IMG/VR virus record: IMGVR_UViG_3300029305_004468
Length of the DNA stretch: 64,000 nt
Source: a virus
Taxonomy: Duplodnaviria > Heunggongvirae > Uroviricota > Caudoviricetes
Direction: 5' to 3' (one strand)
The notes under the pieces were generated by a model, which saw only the letters and a list, made by a program, of their open reading frames with translations, was not told the origin of the DNA and ran no database searches. Of this stretch, positions 1 to 9,007 are shown in pieces. Each line of letters starts with the position of its first letter. Position 1 is the stretch's first letter. The translations under genes and the position numbers were made by a program.

Positions 1-27
1 GAAACTCATCACATAGAACCATATCAA

Positions 28-225
28 ATGAAAAAAGGCAAGTCTGGTAAATATGACACTAAAGAAATACAGGAACTAGATAAAGATAAAAAATACATAG
101 TAGCTTTCGTAGACAAGACAAGAAACGACGAAGACAAGCAACAAATATTATACGAATTCAATGGAAGATTCAACACGTGGAAGGAGATTGGCTTCTGCCA
201 TGTAATCAACGACCACAACTGGTAA
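28..225 (+). CDS. small hypothetical phage protein (65 aa)
   Basis: Intact ORF with an ATG start at the head of the + strand early cluster. No recognisable motif. Confidence 0.35.
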   Translation: MKKGKSGKYDTKEIQELDKDKKYIVAFVDKTRNDEDKQQILYEFNGRFNTWKEIGFCHVINDHNW

Positions 226-245
226 ACGGGAGGTGAAGATATTGG

Positions 246-1274
246 GTGATTAGCGTTGAAAAATTAAATGAGCAATTGTTAGGTGATTTCGACGCTATTG
301 TGACAATCCTTGAAGCTTTAGGGATTACAAATATTAATCCCAACTTCACCAGAAGAGAGATACGCTGCAGTAGAGAAGACGGAAGAAATCCGTCCTCGAT
401 AAGGATAAATGTCGACACATTATACTACAGGTGTTTCTCAACCGGAGAAAAAGGCTCTATTTACACGCTAGTGATGAATAGAAAAGGAATTAACTTTCCC
501 GACGCTCTCCGGTGGGTAGCAAGAACTTTGGGGCTGAGTACGACAGAGCTTCGAAATGCCCCAAAGAGATTACCTTTCAATGGATTTTTTAAGAAAATCG
601 AAAGACAAGCTATAGAACCAGAGCTTGATATGAAATCTTATGACAAAGAGATATTAAGGCCATTTAATCAGACTTATAGTCTGATGTTTAATCGAGACGG
701 TATAGGATACGACACACAAAATTATTTTGGAGTTGGATACGACTACAGTAGCGACAGAATAACAATTCCGCAATGGGATTTGAATGGCAATCTGGTGGGA
801 ATTATGGGCAGACTGAATGAGTCTGATGCGCCTAAAGAAAAGAGGTGGTTGCCTATAATACCTTGCCAGAGAAGTTATACTCTGTACGGTTATCATTTCA
901 ATTATCCATACATCCAGAAAAGGGGCTTTTGCTTTATAGGGGAAAGCGAGAAGTTCGTGATGCAGTTGGCATCAATGGGCTACAGAAACTCCTTGGCGGT
1001 GTGTGGATGTGATATTTCGAATATTCAAGCTCGACACATTAAAGCACTCATGTGTAAGACGCTTATAGTGTGCTTTGATGAGGGATTAGAAGAAGAAAGA
1101 ATAATAGAACAAGCAAAGAAGCTCAAAATCAACAATCCACTTTTTCAGAATAAGGTCGGATACATATATGACGCTAATGGCGATTATTTGCCGCTAGGAA
1201 GTAAGAATTCGCCGTCTGATTTAGGGATAGAAGTTTTTGAGAATCTTGTAAAGAAGAAGATTAAATGGGTATAA
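246..1274 (+). CDS. DNA primase, DnaG-like (zinc-binding N-terminus plus TOPRIM core)
   Basis: GTG start after the SD GGGAGGTG. Cys-rich N-terminal region (RCSREDG...YYRCFSTGEKGSIY). TOPRIM-like acidic motifs (FIGESEKFVMQLASMGY, LIVCFDEGLEEE). Sits in the replication module next to the polymerase. Confidence 0.55.
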   Translation: MISVEKLNEQLLGDFDAIVTILEALGITNINPNFTRREIRCSREDGRNPSSIRINVDTLYYRCFSTGEKGSIYTLVMNRKGINFPDALRWVARTLGLSTTELRNAPKRLPFNGFFKKIERQAIEPELDMKSYDKEILRPFNQTYSLMFNRDGIGYDTQNYFGVGYDYSSDRITIPQWDLNGNLVGIMGRLNESDAPKEKRWLPIIPCQRSYTLYGYHFNYPYIQKRGFCFIGESEKFVMQLASMGYRNSLAVCGCDISNIQARHIKALMCKTLIVCFDEGLEEERIIEQAKKLKINNPLFQNKVGYIYDANGDYLPLGSKNSPSDLGIEVFENLVKKKIKWV

Positions 1275-1286
1275 AGGGGGGTTAAT

Positions 1287-2402
1287 ATAGCAGAACGAGA
1301 AAGAGATCCAAGACTTCAAGCTCTGTTCGATGCGAAGAAAAAGGTTTACTCCTTTTCAAAATTAAGCTCGATAGGAAACTGCCCATATTCTGCATATCTG
1401 TCCTATGTCGTCAGACAGAAGAATAGGAAGCAGAGTATCTGGGGAATTCTTGGTGGCAAATTTCACGACAAATTAGAAGAAATAACTAACAAGGAAGCAA
1501 CGAGAGATGAGTTAATTCCCCTCGTAGATGAAGAATTATCATATCTTGACATGTTAGGCCTTGACTTTCCAAAAGACTTTAAAGGCGGAGACTCTATAAG
1601 AAACAATTGGGTCACTAATATGCAACATTTTAGCAATACATTTGAACCGCTAGAAGGCAAGTTCGATACAGAAGAATTGCTCATTCTCAAAATCGATGAT
1701 GATCACTACCTGCAAGGATACGCAGACTTAATCAGACATAATGAAGACGGTACATTGTCTATCTTAGACTGGAAAACGTCCAGTTTATATAGCGAAGAAG
1801 ACTTCGAACACGCCGCTCACCAGCTGTTCATATATGGATTAGCTAAAGAACAGGAAGGATTTAAAGTCAGAGATATGGCATGGATATTCCTGAAATATGT
1901 CGAAGTCGAATTTATGGGTAAGAAAAGAGCTAACTCAAAAAACGATACTTTAATCACTAAAGTAATCGAAAGAAGAAAGCTCACTTCTGAGCTCCGCAAA
2001 TACGTCGAAGCTGATTTGAGAAAACTGGGATACTCAGATGTGGAAGTGTACTTACTTTTAGGCGAAATGACGAAGAACAATTCTTTAGATGTTTTACCTG
2101 ACGAAGTAAAAAGCAACTATACAGTTAAGCCGTACATAAAAACAATTCCGTTCGACGAAGAAGGTAAGAACTTAACTATGAAATTTATTGTTGATACTAT
2201 TGCCGACTTTGAAAGAAGAGAGGATTGTGAAGCCGACTGGAAACCGCGCCCGTTCACGAAAACTAACAAAGCAGGCAAGGTAGTCGAGGATACTTTTTAC
2301 TGTAATGCCTTATGCGACTTTGGCGGTACATGCAAGTTTATTAAAGAGTATAACCTATCAAAGGTGCCGGAAAACATAAAAGACTACGAGGAGTGGTTCT
2401 AA
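1287..2402 (+). CDS. Cas4-like / RecB-family PD-(D/E)XK exonuclease with a C-terminal Cys cluster; probable non-canonical AUA start
   Basis: The frame is open from 1275 directly after the primase TAA. The translation YSFSKLSSIGNCPYSAYLSYV...GILGGKFHDKLEEI matches the Cas4 N-terminal S.S...C...H pattern. The nuclease core is GYADLI...ILDWKTS and the C-terminus has CNALCDFGGTCKF. There is no ATG, GTG or TTG before 1551. ATA at 1287 lies 5 nt after the G-run AAAGGGGGG. The body 1551-2402 is certain; the start is inferred. Confidence 0.55.
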   Translation: MAERERDPRLQALFDAKKKVYSFSKLSSIGNCPYSAYLSYVVRQKNRKQSIWGILGGKFHDKLEEITNKEATRDELIPLVDEELSYLDMLGLDFPKDFKGGDSIRNNWVTNMQHFSNTFEPLEGKFDTEELLILKIDDDHYLQGYADLIRHNEDGTLSILDWKTSSLYSEEDFEHAAHQLFIYGLAKEQEGFKVRDMAWIFLKYVEVEFMGKKRANSKNDTLITKVIERRKLTSELRKYVEADLRKLGYSDVEVYLLLGEMTKNNSLDVLPDEVKSNYTVKPYIKTIPFDEEGKNLTMKFIVDTIADFERREDCEADWKPRPFTKTNKAGKVVEDTFYCNALCDFGGTCKFIKEYNLSKVPENIKDYEEWF

Positions 2403-5400
2403 TGCAGAATTATCATAAACACTGCAGCGAATCAAACATCTTCACGCCAGACTCTGCCGCTACATATGAAGATTACGCAAAGAGAGCGATGGAATTAGGA
2501 CATCGAGTTATATCGACAGTAGAGCATGGCTGGCAAGGCAGATATCATCACGCTTATGATATTGTAAAACAGTTTGCTAAACCAAAAACAGAAAAGGGCG
2601 GACAGGATTATCAGCTTAAACTGATTTTTGGAGCAGAAGCTTACTGGGTTAAAGATAATCAAAGCAAAGACCGTACAAATGGACATATAATCATGCTTGC
2701 TAAAAATGAGAACGGCAGAAGAAAGATAAATGGAATCTTATCCGATGCCAATGAATTTGGATACTATTACAAGCCAAGGGTAGACGAACAATCTATCTTG
2801 AGCTTGCCGCCAGATGATGTGTTCATAACGACAGCTTGCGTTGCGTTTTGGCAATACGAAGACGACTATATGGAAGACTTCGTAAAGCGGCTCGCAAATC
2901 ATTTCGGAGACAATTTCAAACTGGAAGTTCAATATCACAATACAGATAAGCAGAAAGAGCTTAATCAAAGAATTTTACAACTGTCTGAAAAATATGGTAT
3001 TGGACTTATAGCGGGAATGGACAGCCATTATATACATCCAGAACAAGCGCAGGAGCGTGAATTCATTCTTGAATCGAAGAAGATAAGCTACGACGATGAA
3101 GATGGGTGGTATATGGACTATCCAGATGATGAAACGGTCTACAGAAGATTTGTTGAACAGGGGATTTTAAACGATTCTCAAATAAGAGAAGCTATGGATA
3201 CTACTGACCTATTGCTCGATTTTGAGGACTTCACAGTAGACAATCCAGTCTTTTCTACAAATCCAAAGCTTCCAACTCTTTACGATGGTGAACATGTAAT
3301 AAACGGTAGAAGACTTCCTAAATTAAATCAAGAGCAGAGAAATAAAGTCTATAGTCAGTTGATAACAAAGCTCTTCAAGGAATACTTAAAGGGAGTTCCC
3401 GAGGAAAGACACGCTGAATATTTTGAAGGGGTAAATCAAGAAGTTCAGGTTATCAAAGAGACTAACATGTCGGACTATTTCTTAATCGACTATGAGATTG
3501 TTAAGAGGGCCATTGAAAAGGGCGGCGTTCTTACTAATTCGGGCAGAGGGTCTGCCGTAGGATATATGACAAATACTCTGCTTGGATTTTCTAAAGTAGA
3601 CAGATTTAGAAGTCCAATTAAACTTTACCCGGAAAGATTTATAAGTAAAAGTCGAATACTAGAGTCGAACTCGTTACCAGATATCGATTTAAACTGGGGT
3701 ACACCGGAGATAGCCGAAGAAGCTCAGGAAGAGATTCTCGGTAAAAATCACGCATATCCGATGATAGCGTTTGGCACTTATAAAAAGAAATCGGCATTCA
3801 AATTGTATGCGAGAGCCAGAGATTTGGATTTCGATATAGCAAACAATATTTCAAAGCAGATTGAGAAATATGAAGAAGCCGAAAAACACGCAGAAGATGA
3901 AGAAGAACGTAAGGCTATAAATATTTATGAATTTGTAGACGAAGAATATCACGACTACATAACTCAGAGTCAGTCATACTGGGGTATTATATCCGACAAG
4001 AAGAAAGCTCCATGTAGTTATCTGCTCTACGCAGGAGATATTCGTGAAGAAATCGGACTTATCAAATGTAAGAGTGAATCAACAAAGAAAGAATACATAA
4101 CGACAGTAATAGACGGAGCCGTAGCTGAAAACTACAAGTTCCTTAAGAATGATATTCTCAAGGTGGACACCGTCTTACTTACTGACTTGGTTTATAAGCG
4201 TATAGGTATGAAGCCTCACACGGTCAACGAACTCACAGAGGCTGTCGCATCCGACCAGAAAGTGTGGGATGTTTACGCAAGAGGATTAACTATTGGAGTT
4301 AATCAGTGCGAGAAAGATTCCACAATACAAAAGGTTAAGCATTATCAGCCACAGAACGTATCAGAGCTGTCTGCATTTATAGCCGGTATTAGACCGGGCT
4401 TTAAATCAATGTATTCTACATTTGCATCGAGACAAACATATGAATATGGCATAAAGAGTTTTGACGATTTGATTCAGACTGAGCAGTTTCCGTACTCATT
4501 CATCATGTATCAAGAACAGCTTATGACGACATTAAATTATGCCGGTTTTCCGATAGATAAGTGTTATCAGATAATCAAAGACATATCAAAGAAACACCCT
4601 GAAAAAGTTCTTCCTTTAAGAGAGGACTTTTTAAAAGGGTTCTCGTCAAAGATACTTGTTGACTGTAGCTCAGAAACTGAAGCTATGGAAATGTCTGAAA
4701 AAGTATGGAAAATTATCTATGACAGTACATCGTATTCATTCAATTCGTCTCACGCCTACTGTATGGCTCTCGACAGTCTTTATAATGCATGGCAAAAAGC
4801 AAATCATCCGTATGAATTTTACGAAGTGCTGCTGCAGGTCTTTTCTGATAAGGGGAAGAAAGACAAAGTGGCAGACCTAAAAAGAGAAATGAAAGACGGA
4901 TTTGGGATTAATGAAGGAGATTATCGCTGGGGTTTAGATAATCGTAAATTTGTCGCAGATAAAGAAAACAGCGCAATTAACCCATCATTAGTATCTATAA
5001 AAGGTTTAAGTCAAGGTTTTGCGAATGACTTATATTCGCTATCTCAGAAAAAATCTTATGACAACTTCTACGACCTGTGGAAAGATGTCAACTCTTTAAA
5101 ATCATCCAATAGTGCAAAAATAGGTGTCTTGGTATGTCTGAATTACTTTAAAGAATTTGGTTCTATTACGAAGATCACAAGATTTCTGAATATTGTAAGT
5201 GAACTGTATGAACGTACTCAGTTTAAAAAAGGCGATGAAGTTACGCTTAAATACGAGAGGTTCATTAAGCAATTCTCTGAAAGCGAGACAGAAAAGCTCT
5301 ACAGGGGCTTTGATTATGATGCCGCTTTAAAGGAAATCTGGACAAAACTGAAGGATGTAGAAACCCCATGTAAAGATATCCTCGGATATGAGCTTGAACT

Positions 5401-5695
5401 GTTGGGTTATGTTAAAACAGTAGTTCCTGAAGTTGAAGAAGACTATGTAATGATTACAAGAATAGAGGGCAAGTATGCCAATAAGAATGTGACTTTATAT
5501 AGGATATGCGACGGCACAAGTGAAAAAGTCAAAGTCAAGGGCAAGAAACTTGAGCTTCAACCTCTTCGCGAAGGAGACATTATCAAGACGATTGAGTTCA
5601 AAGAGGATAAAAAATGGAGAAAAGGAGAAGACGGTAAGTTTTTCCAAATCGACGAAAAAGAAACTATTCTAACAAGATGGAGGGTGACTATATGA
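2402..5695 (+). CDS. DNA polymerase III alpha subunit-like replicative polymerase (DnaE family, N-terminal PHP domain)
   Basis: 1098-aa ORF. Its ATG overlaps the upstream stop as TAATG, after the SD GAGGAG. PHP-like N-terminus (YHKHCSESNIFTPDSAATYEDYAKRAMELGHRVISTVEHGW). Size and layout fit a PolIII alpha-like enzyme. Its stop overlaps the next ATG as ATGA. Confidence 0.6.
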   Translation: MQNYHKHCSESNIFTPDSAATYEDYAKRAMELGHRVISTVEHGWQGRYHHAYDIVKQFAKPKTEKGGQDYQLKLIFGAEAYWVKDNQSKDRTNGHIIMLAKNENGRRKINGILSDANEFGYYYKPRVDEQSILSLPPDDVFITTACVAFWQYEDDYMEDFVKRLANHFGDNFKLEVQYHNTDKQKELNQRILQLSEKYGIGLIAGMDSHYIHPEQAQEREFILESKKISYDDEDGWYMDYPDDETVYRRFVEQGILNDSQIREAMDTTDLLLDFEDFTVDNPVFSTNPKLPTLYDGEHVINGRRLPKLNQEQRNKVYSQLITKLFKEYLKGVPEERHAEYFEGVNQEVQVIKETNMSDYFLIDYEIVKRAIEKGGVLTNSGRGSAVGYMTNTLLGFSKVDRFRSPIKLYPERFISKSRILESNSLPDIDLNWGTPEIAEEAQEEILGKNHAYPMIAFGTYKKKSAFKLYARARDLDFDIANNISKQIEKYEEAEKHAEDEEERKAINIYEFVDEEYHDYITQSQSYWGIISDKKKAPCSYLLYAGDIREEIGLIKCKSESTKKEYITTVIDGAVAENYKFLKNDILKVDTVLLTDLVYKRIGMKPHTVNELTEAVASDQKVWDVYARGLTIGVNQCEKDSTIQKVKHYQPQNVSELSAFIAGIRPGFKSMYSTFASRQTYEYGIKSFDDLIQTEQFPYSFIMYQEQLMTTLNYAGFPIDKCYQIIKDISKKHPEKVLPLREDFLKGFSSKILVDCSSETEAMEMSEKVWKIIYDSTSYSFNSSHAYCMALDSLYNAWQKANHPYEFYEVLLQVFSDKGKKDKVADLKREMKDGFGINEGDYRWGLDNRKFVADKENSAINPSLVSIKGLSQGFANDLYSLSQKKSYDNFYDLWKDVNSLKSSNSAKIGVLVCLNYFKEFGSITKITRFLNIVSELYERTQFKKGDEVTLKYERFIKQFSESETEKLYRGFDYDAALKEIWTKLKDVETPCKDILGYELELLGYVKTVVPEVEEDYVMITRIEGKYANKNVTLYRICDGTSEKVKVKGKKLELQPLREGDIIKTIEFKEDKKWRKGEDGKFFQIDEKETILTRWRVTI

Positions 5696-5943
5696 AAGAA
5701 AAAGAATGCCTTGAAACGTATTACGGCATAATCAATATCACTTCATGGATCTTGTCTGCAGGTTGGGTGTTTTTCGCTATAATTCTTCCGCTTAGGAAGT
5801 TAATAGGATTGACGACAGTTTCTTGGTTTGTGGCTTTGTTGCCGGCGATTTTAATAATTTCTATATGTATATTTCTCGTCAGTGCAATGCTGTACATAAA
5901 TCAAAAATATAAAAAATCAGAGAAGGGAGAGTCGAATGCTTAA
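5692..5943 (+). CDS. small membrane protein (two predicted TM helices)
   Basis: ATG at 5692 forms an ATGA overlap with the polymerase stop. Hydrophobic stretches ILSAGWVFFAIILPL and VSWFVALLPAILIISICIFLV. Confidence 0.4.
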   Translation: MKEKECLETYYGIINITSWILSAGWVFFAIILPLRKLIGLTTVSWFVALLPAILIISICIFLVSAMLYINQKYKKSEKGESNA

Positions 5944-6466
5944 ACATTATAAGTATACAGACAAAGAAAAAAATGAACTTCTCAAATCGATTGTAATAAT
6001 TGTCGACAAACGCGAACAGAAATGTGGCCACATAACAGACTGGTTCGATAAGAAAGGAATCAAGTGGGTAGAAAAAACTTTAAAAAACGGAGACTATAGT
6101 TGTTATCTTCCCGCAAATCCAGAACTTAATATCGAGCGCGATATGTATTTCGACGGTGAAATTATAGTAGAGCGCAAAAACTCAGTTGATGAACTGGCCG
6201 GCAATTTCACGAAACACAGAACAAGATTCGAAGAAGAAATGGCTACATTTCCCGGGAAAAAATACTTACTTATCGAGGGCAATACATATGGGGATGTCGT
6301 GGCAGGCAATTACAGGTCTGAGTACGCGGCAAAATCATATTTGGCGACATTGCACGCTTTCAACCACCGGTATGATTTACAGGTATTCTTCATGCCGGAC
6401 AAGTCTCTTTCTGGGTTATGGATATACAGTACGTTCATGTACTGGCTGAGAGAAAGGTTAAGATGA
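5936..6466 (+). CDS. ERCC4/XPF-Mus81-type nuclease domain protein
   Basis: Motifs IIVDKREQ, NGDYSCY and IIVERKNSVDELAGNF match the ERCC4 signature (D.RE ... GDY ... ERK..DL). 176 aa. Confidence 0.5.
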   Translation: MLKHYKYTDKEKNELLKSIVIIVDKREQKCGHITDWFDKKGIKWVEKTLKNGDYSCYLPANPELNIERDMYFDGEIIVERKNSVDELAGNFTKHRTRFEEEMATFPGKKYLLIEGNTYGDVVAGNYRSEYAAKSYLATLHAFNHRYDLQVFFMPDKSLSGLWIYSTFMYWLRERLR

Positions 6467-7065
6467 CAGACTGGACAGGAAACGCGAAAGCAATTTTCGC
6501 AACTCATGGAGCGAGTAATCATTCAGACGGAGAACGAGCCGAACTTGATTACTATGCAACTGATCCTGTAGCGGTAGAAAAGCTTCTTGAAAAAGAATCG
6601 TTTAGAAAAACAATTTGGGAGCCGGCATGTGGCGGCGGGCATATAGCAGATGTTTTGATATCTCAAGGATACGATGTTATATGTTCGGATTTGGTAAATC
6701 GCGGCTATAGACACCAAAATAGCACTAAAGATTTCTTAAGTGAAGTAAATGAAGGTGTAGAGAATGGTCGCGATATTATAACAAACCCGCCCTATGTAAA
6801 AGCAAAAGAGTTTGTAGAGCAGGCTTTGAATATTTCAAGAAGCGGAGTCAAGGTAGCGATGTTCTTGAAGTTGACCTTTTTAGAAGGAGCTAAAAGGAAA
6901 GAATTGTTTGATAGATATCCACCTAAGAAAGTTTACGTTTTTAGAAATCGAATCGACTGTTGGAAAAATGGTGAAAGACCTGCAAAGGCATCGAAGGCCG
7001 TTTGTTATGCATGGTTTATTTGGGAAAAGGGATTTCAAGGAAATCCAACTATAGATTGGATTTAA
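6463..7065 (+). CDS. DNA methyltransferase, amino-methyltransferase class (N6-adenine or N4-cytosine), small phage Dam-like
   Basis: SAM-binding motif EPACGGGH and catalytic NPPY. The internal ATG at 6463 follows the SD GAGAAAGG. About 200 aa. Confidence 0.55.
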   Translation: MTDWTGNAKAIFATHGASNHSDGERAELDYYATDPVAVEKLLEKESFRKTIWEPACGGGHIADVLISQGYDVICSDLVNRGYRHQNSTKDFLSEVNEGVENGRDIITNPPYVKAKEFVEQALNISRSGVKVAMFLKLTFLEGAKRKELFDRYPPKKVYVFRNRIDCWKNGERPAKASKAVCYAWFIWEKGFQGNPTIDWI

Positions 7066-7095
7066 AGGAGTCGACGAGAAAGGGGGGAAGTTGAT

Positions 7096-7254
7096 TTGTT
7101 TGTATTCTGGATTTTAGTCATATTCGCTGTAGTCGTAATAGGATTTATCATCGCAGGAACAATCGGAGATAAGATTTTCCACACAGGGAAGCGTATTGTA
7201 AATGTCTTCACTGAAGAAGAAACAGGAGAAAAGGAGAAAGAGGTTAATGAATAA
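7096..7254 (+). CDS. small hydrophobic peptide (about 52 aa, putative membrane partner of the SPFH protein)
   Basis: TTG start 8 nt after GGGGGG. One long hydrophobic helix FVFWILVIFAVVVIGFIIAGTIG and an acidic tail. Overlaps the SPFH start. Speculative. Confidence 0.2.
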   Translation: MFVFWILVIFAVVVIGFIIAGTIGDKIFHTGKRIVNVFTEEETGEKEKEVNE

Positions 7255-8101
7255 TAAAGGAAAAATAGTAACAATAATGATTCCAATATTGCTGGTTGCT
7301 TTATTTTTAGGAGTTTTATGTATCGAAAAAATTCCTCGCGGTCATGTTGGTTCAATCTACTCAATAAGAGGCGGCACTTCGGACGAAGTATTGAGTGAAG
7401 GGTGGCATTTAGTCGCTCCTCATAAAAAGGTTACTGAATATTCTGTTGCTACAGAGCAGCTCCTTATGACTGCAGATGAAAGAGATGGCTCAGAGGAAGA
7501 CGAGTCTTTCAATGCAACTTGTAAGGACGGAGTGCTTAACGTCGATTTAGAAATGTCTTACCACTTTAACGCTGAGGACATTCCTACAATCGCAACGAAA
7601 TATAGGGGCCTTTCAGGCGAAGATATCGTAAATACAAGAATTAAGAGTAAGGTTCGTACATATGTAAATGAAGTTACTTCTGAATATACAGTTCTTGAAG
7701 CTTATATGGACAACAAGTCTGAATTAAACACAGACTTGACAAAGCATCTGAAAGAAAAACTTAAGCCATATGGAATCATGGTAGACGATGCAACACTGCC
7801 AAGAACTGAGCCTGATGAAGCGATTAAGAAGGCAATCACTGAACGAAGCAAGAAAGCTCAGGAAGTAGAAGCCGCAAAGCAGGAACAGGAAAAGCAGAAG
7901 ATATTAGCTGAAACTAAAATCATCGAAGCCAAAGGTAATGCTGATGCTGCAATAGAGAAAGCTAAAGGACAAGCTGAAGCTAACAGAATAGAAGCGGCTT
8001 CAATTACAAGTAACTTGCTTAAGAAATGGGAAATCCAAGCAAGACAGAAGCACGGTTGGATTGAAATCCAGGGTGCGAATACAGTGGTAGATAATAGATA
8101 A
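7247..8101 (+). CDS. SPFH / band-7 (prohibitin, HflK/C-like) domain membrane protein
   Basis: N-terminal TM segment (IVTIMIPILLVALFLGVLCI), then a PHB-like region and a C-terminal coiled coil rich in A, E, K and Q. Strong SD AAGGAGAAAGAGG before ATG 7247. An alternative ATG is at 7202. Confidence 0.5.
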   Translation: MNNKGKIVTIMIPILLVALFLGVLCIEKIPRGHVGSIYSIRGGTSDEVLSEGWHLVAPHKKVTEYSVATEQLLMTADERDGSEEDESFNATCKDGVLNVDLEMSYHFNAEDIPTIATKYRGLSGEDIVNTRIKSKVRTYVNEVTSEYTVLEAYMDNKSELNTDLTKHLKEKLKPYGIMVDDATLPRTEPDEAIKKAITERSKKAQEVEAAKQEQEKQKILAETKIIEAKGNADAAIEKAKGQAEANRIEAASITSNLLKKWEIQARQKHGWIEIQGANTVVDNR

Positions 8102-8103
8102 GA

Positions 8104-8400
8104 ATGCATTTTGAATTCAATGGTGGCGGTTTTGCCGGGCTTGAAGTAACGACACTTCACATCGAAATGAAACTTGGCGAAGCCGTCATTCATTCACAAA
8201 CAGCTTCATATCCGTTCGTAATAATGAAAAGACATTGTGCGGAAATGGTTAATCAGGTCGCTCACGATAGTAGGCCGATGAAAATTACCTTTACAGGCGA
8301 GAAAGATATCGAATTACCTAATGGAGATTGGATAACGAAGCCTTTGAAGCTGATTTTTGCCAATAATGCCTACTTAGCAAATTTTGACTTAGAAAAATAG
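8104..8400 (+). CDS. hypothetical protein (98 aa)
   Basis: Intact ORF with an ATG start, tightly packed after the upstream gene. Confidence 0.35.
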   Translation: MHFEFNGGGFAGLEVTTLHIEMKLGEAVIHSQTASYPFVIMKRHCAEMVNQVAHDSRPMKITFTGEKDIELPNGDWITKPLKLIFANNAYLANFDLEK

Positions 8401-8421
8401 ACGGATAGTAGGTGATATTTT

Positions 8422-8766
8422 TTGAGAAAATTTCCACAAAACATGTCTTTTATGGAACGCATCGATTTTTTACAGCGATGGATACTGGTAAATAGCTATA
8501 TTTACTATGAAGTAGGTGATTCAGTAGTTACAGATAAGCAGTATGACAGAACTGCGTATGGTCTCGTAGACATGCAGAAAGCTTATGAGGGCGACATAAA
8601 GACCGACACGCAATACGGCTATGCGTTTTATGATTTCGACGGAACGACAGGGTTCGATCTGTATTATCGATTAAACGAATCTGATAAAGAAAAGATAATT
8701 CGCATAGCTCATAACGTACTGCACGAATATAAAAAAGAGAGGAGAGAATTGAATGCCAAGAAATAA
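8422..8766 (+). CDS. hypothetical protein (about 105-114 aa)
   Basis: ORF with a TTG start at 8422 or ATG at 8446. Its stop overlaps the next gene. Confidence 0.35.
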   Translation: MRKFPQNMSFMERIDFLQRWILVNSYIYYEVGDSVVTDKQYDRTAYGLVDMQKAYEGDIKTDTQYGYAFYDFDGTTGFDLYYRLNESDKEKIIRIAHNVLHEYKKERRELNAKK

Positions 8767-9007
8767 ATGGGCTGCAAAAGTACTTTGTATTGTCTGTGGT
8801 CTCGTGATCTTTATGGTGGGTTATGTGCTTGGAAACATAGACGCAAAAGACAATAGACAAATATTATCTAATCCGCCTGAAGGAGCATATAAAATTGCTG
8901 TAAATGAAACAGCACAAGAAGATGACTACGGTGTCATTATTAAAACAAATAAGGAAAACATCACTCAAGATGAAGAAACAATGGAGTTACATATAAATGT
9001 TGAATAA
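8753..9007 (+). CDS. small membrane protein (84 aa)
   Basis: N-terminal TM helix AAKVLCIVCGLVIFMVGYVLG. Confidence 0.35.
   Translation: MPRNKWAAKVLCIVCGLVIFMVGYVLGNIDAKDNRQILSNPPEGAYKIAVNETAQEDDYGVIIKTNKENITQDEETMELHINVE

Noticed and set aside
654-896. Antisense ORF (80 aa) inside the primase gene. Similar short ORFs embedded in the opposite strand include 1463-1690, 1817-2116, 2495-2968, 6103-6717 and 7858-8193.
   Set aside because: All lie wholly inside longer, motif-bearing genes on the other strand. They lack an SD and show low-complexity translations. Treated as non-coding shadows.
1272-1290. Possibility that primase and the Cas4-like nuclease are a single polypeptide made by TAA readthrough or stop-codon recoding.
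   Set aside because: All other long genes, including the 1783-aa and 1828-aa ORFs, are free of in-frame stops, so genome-wide recoding is unlikely. A local AUA start with an upstream G-rich SD is the simpler explanation. Not fully excluded.
7062-7364. - strand ORF of 100 aa overlapping the start of the SPFH gene.
   Set aside because: It is antisense to a well-supported + strand gene start and SD, and is the only - strand ORF in the early arm. Likely spurious.
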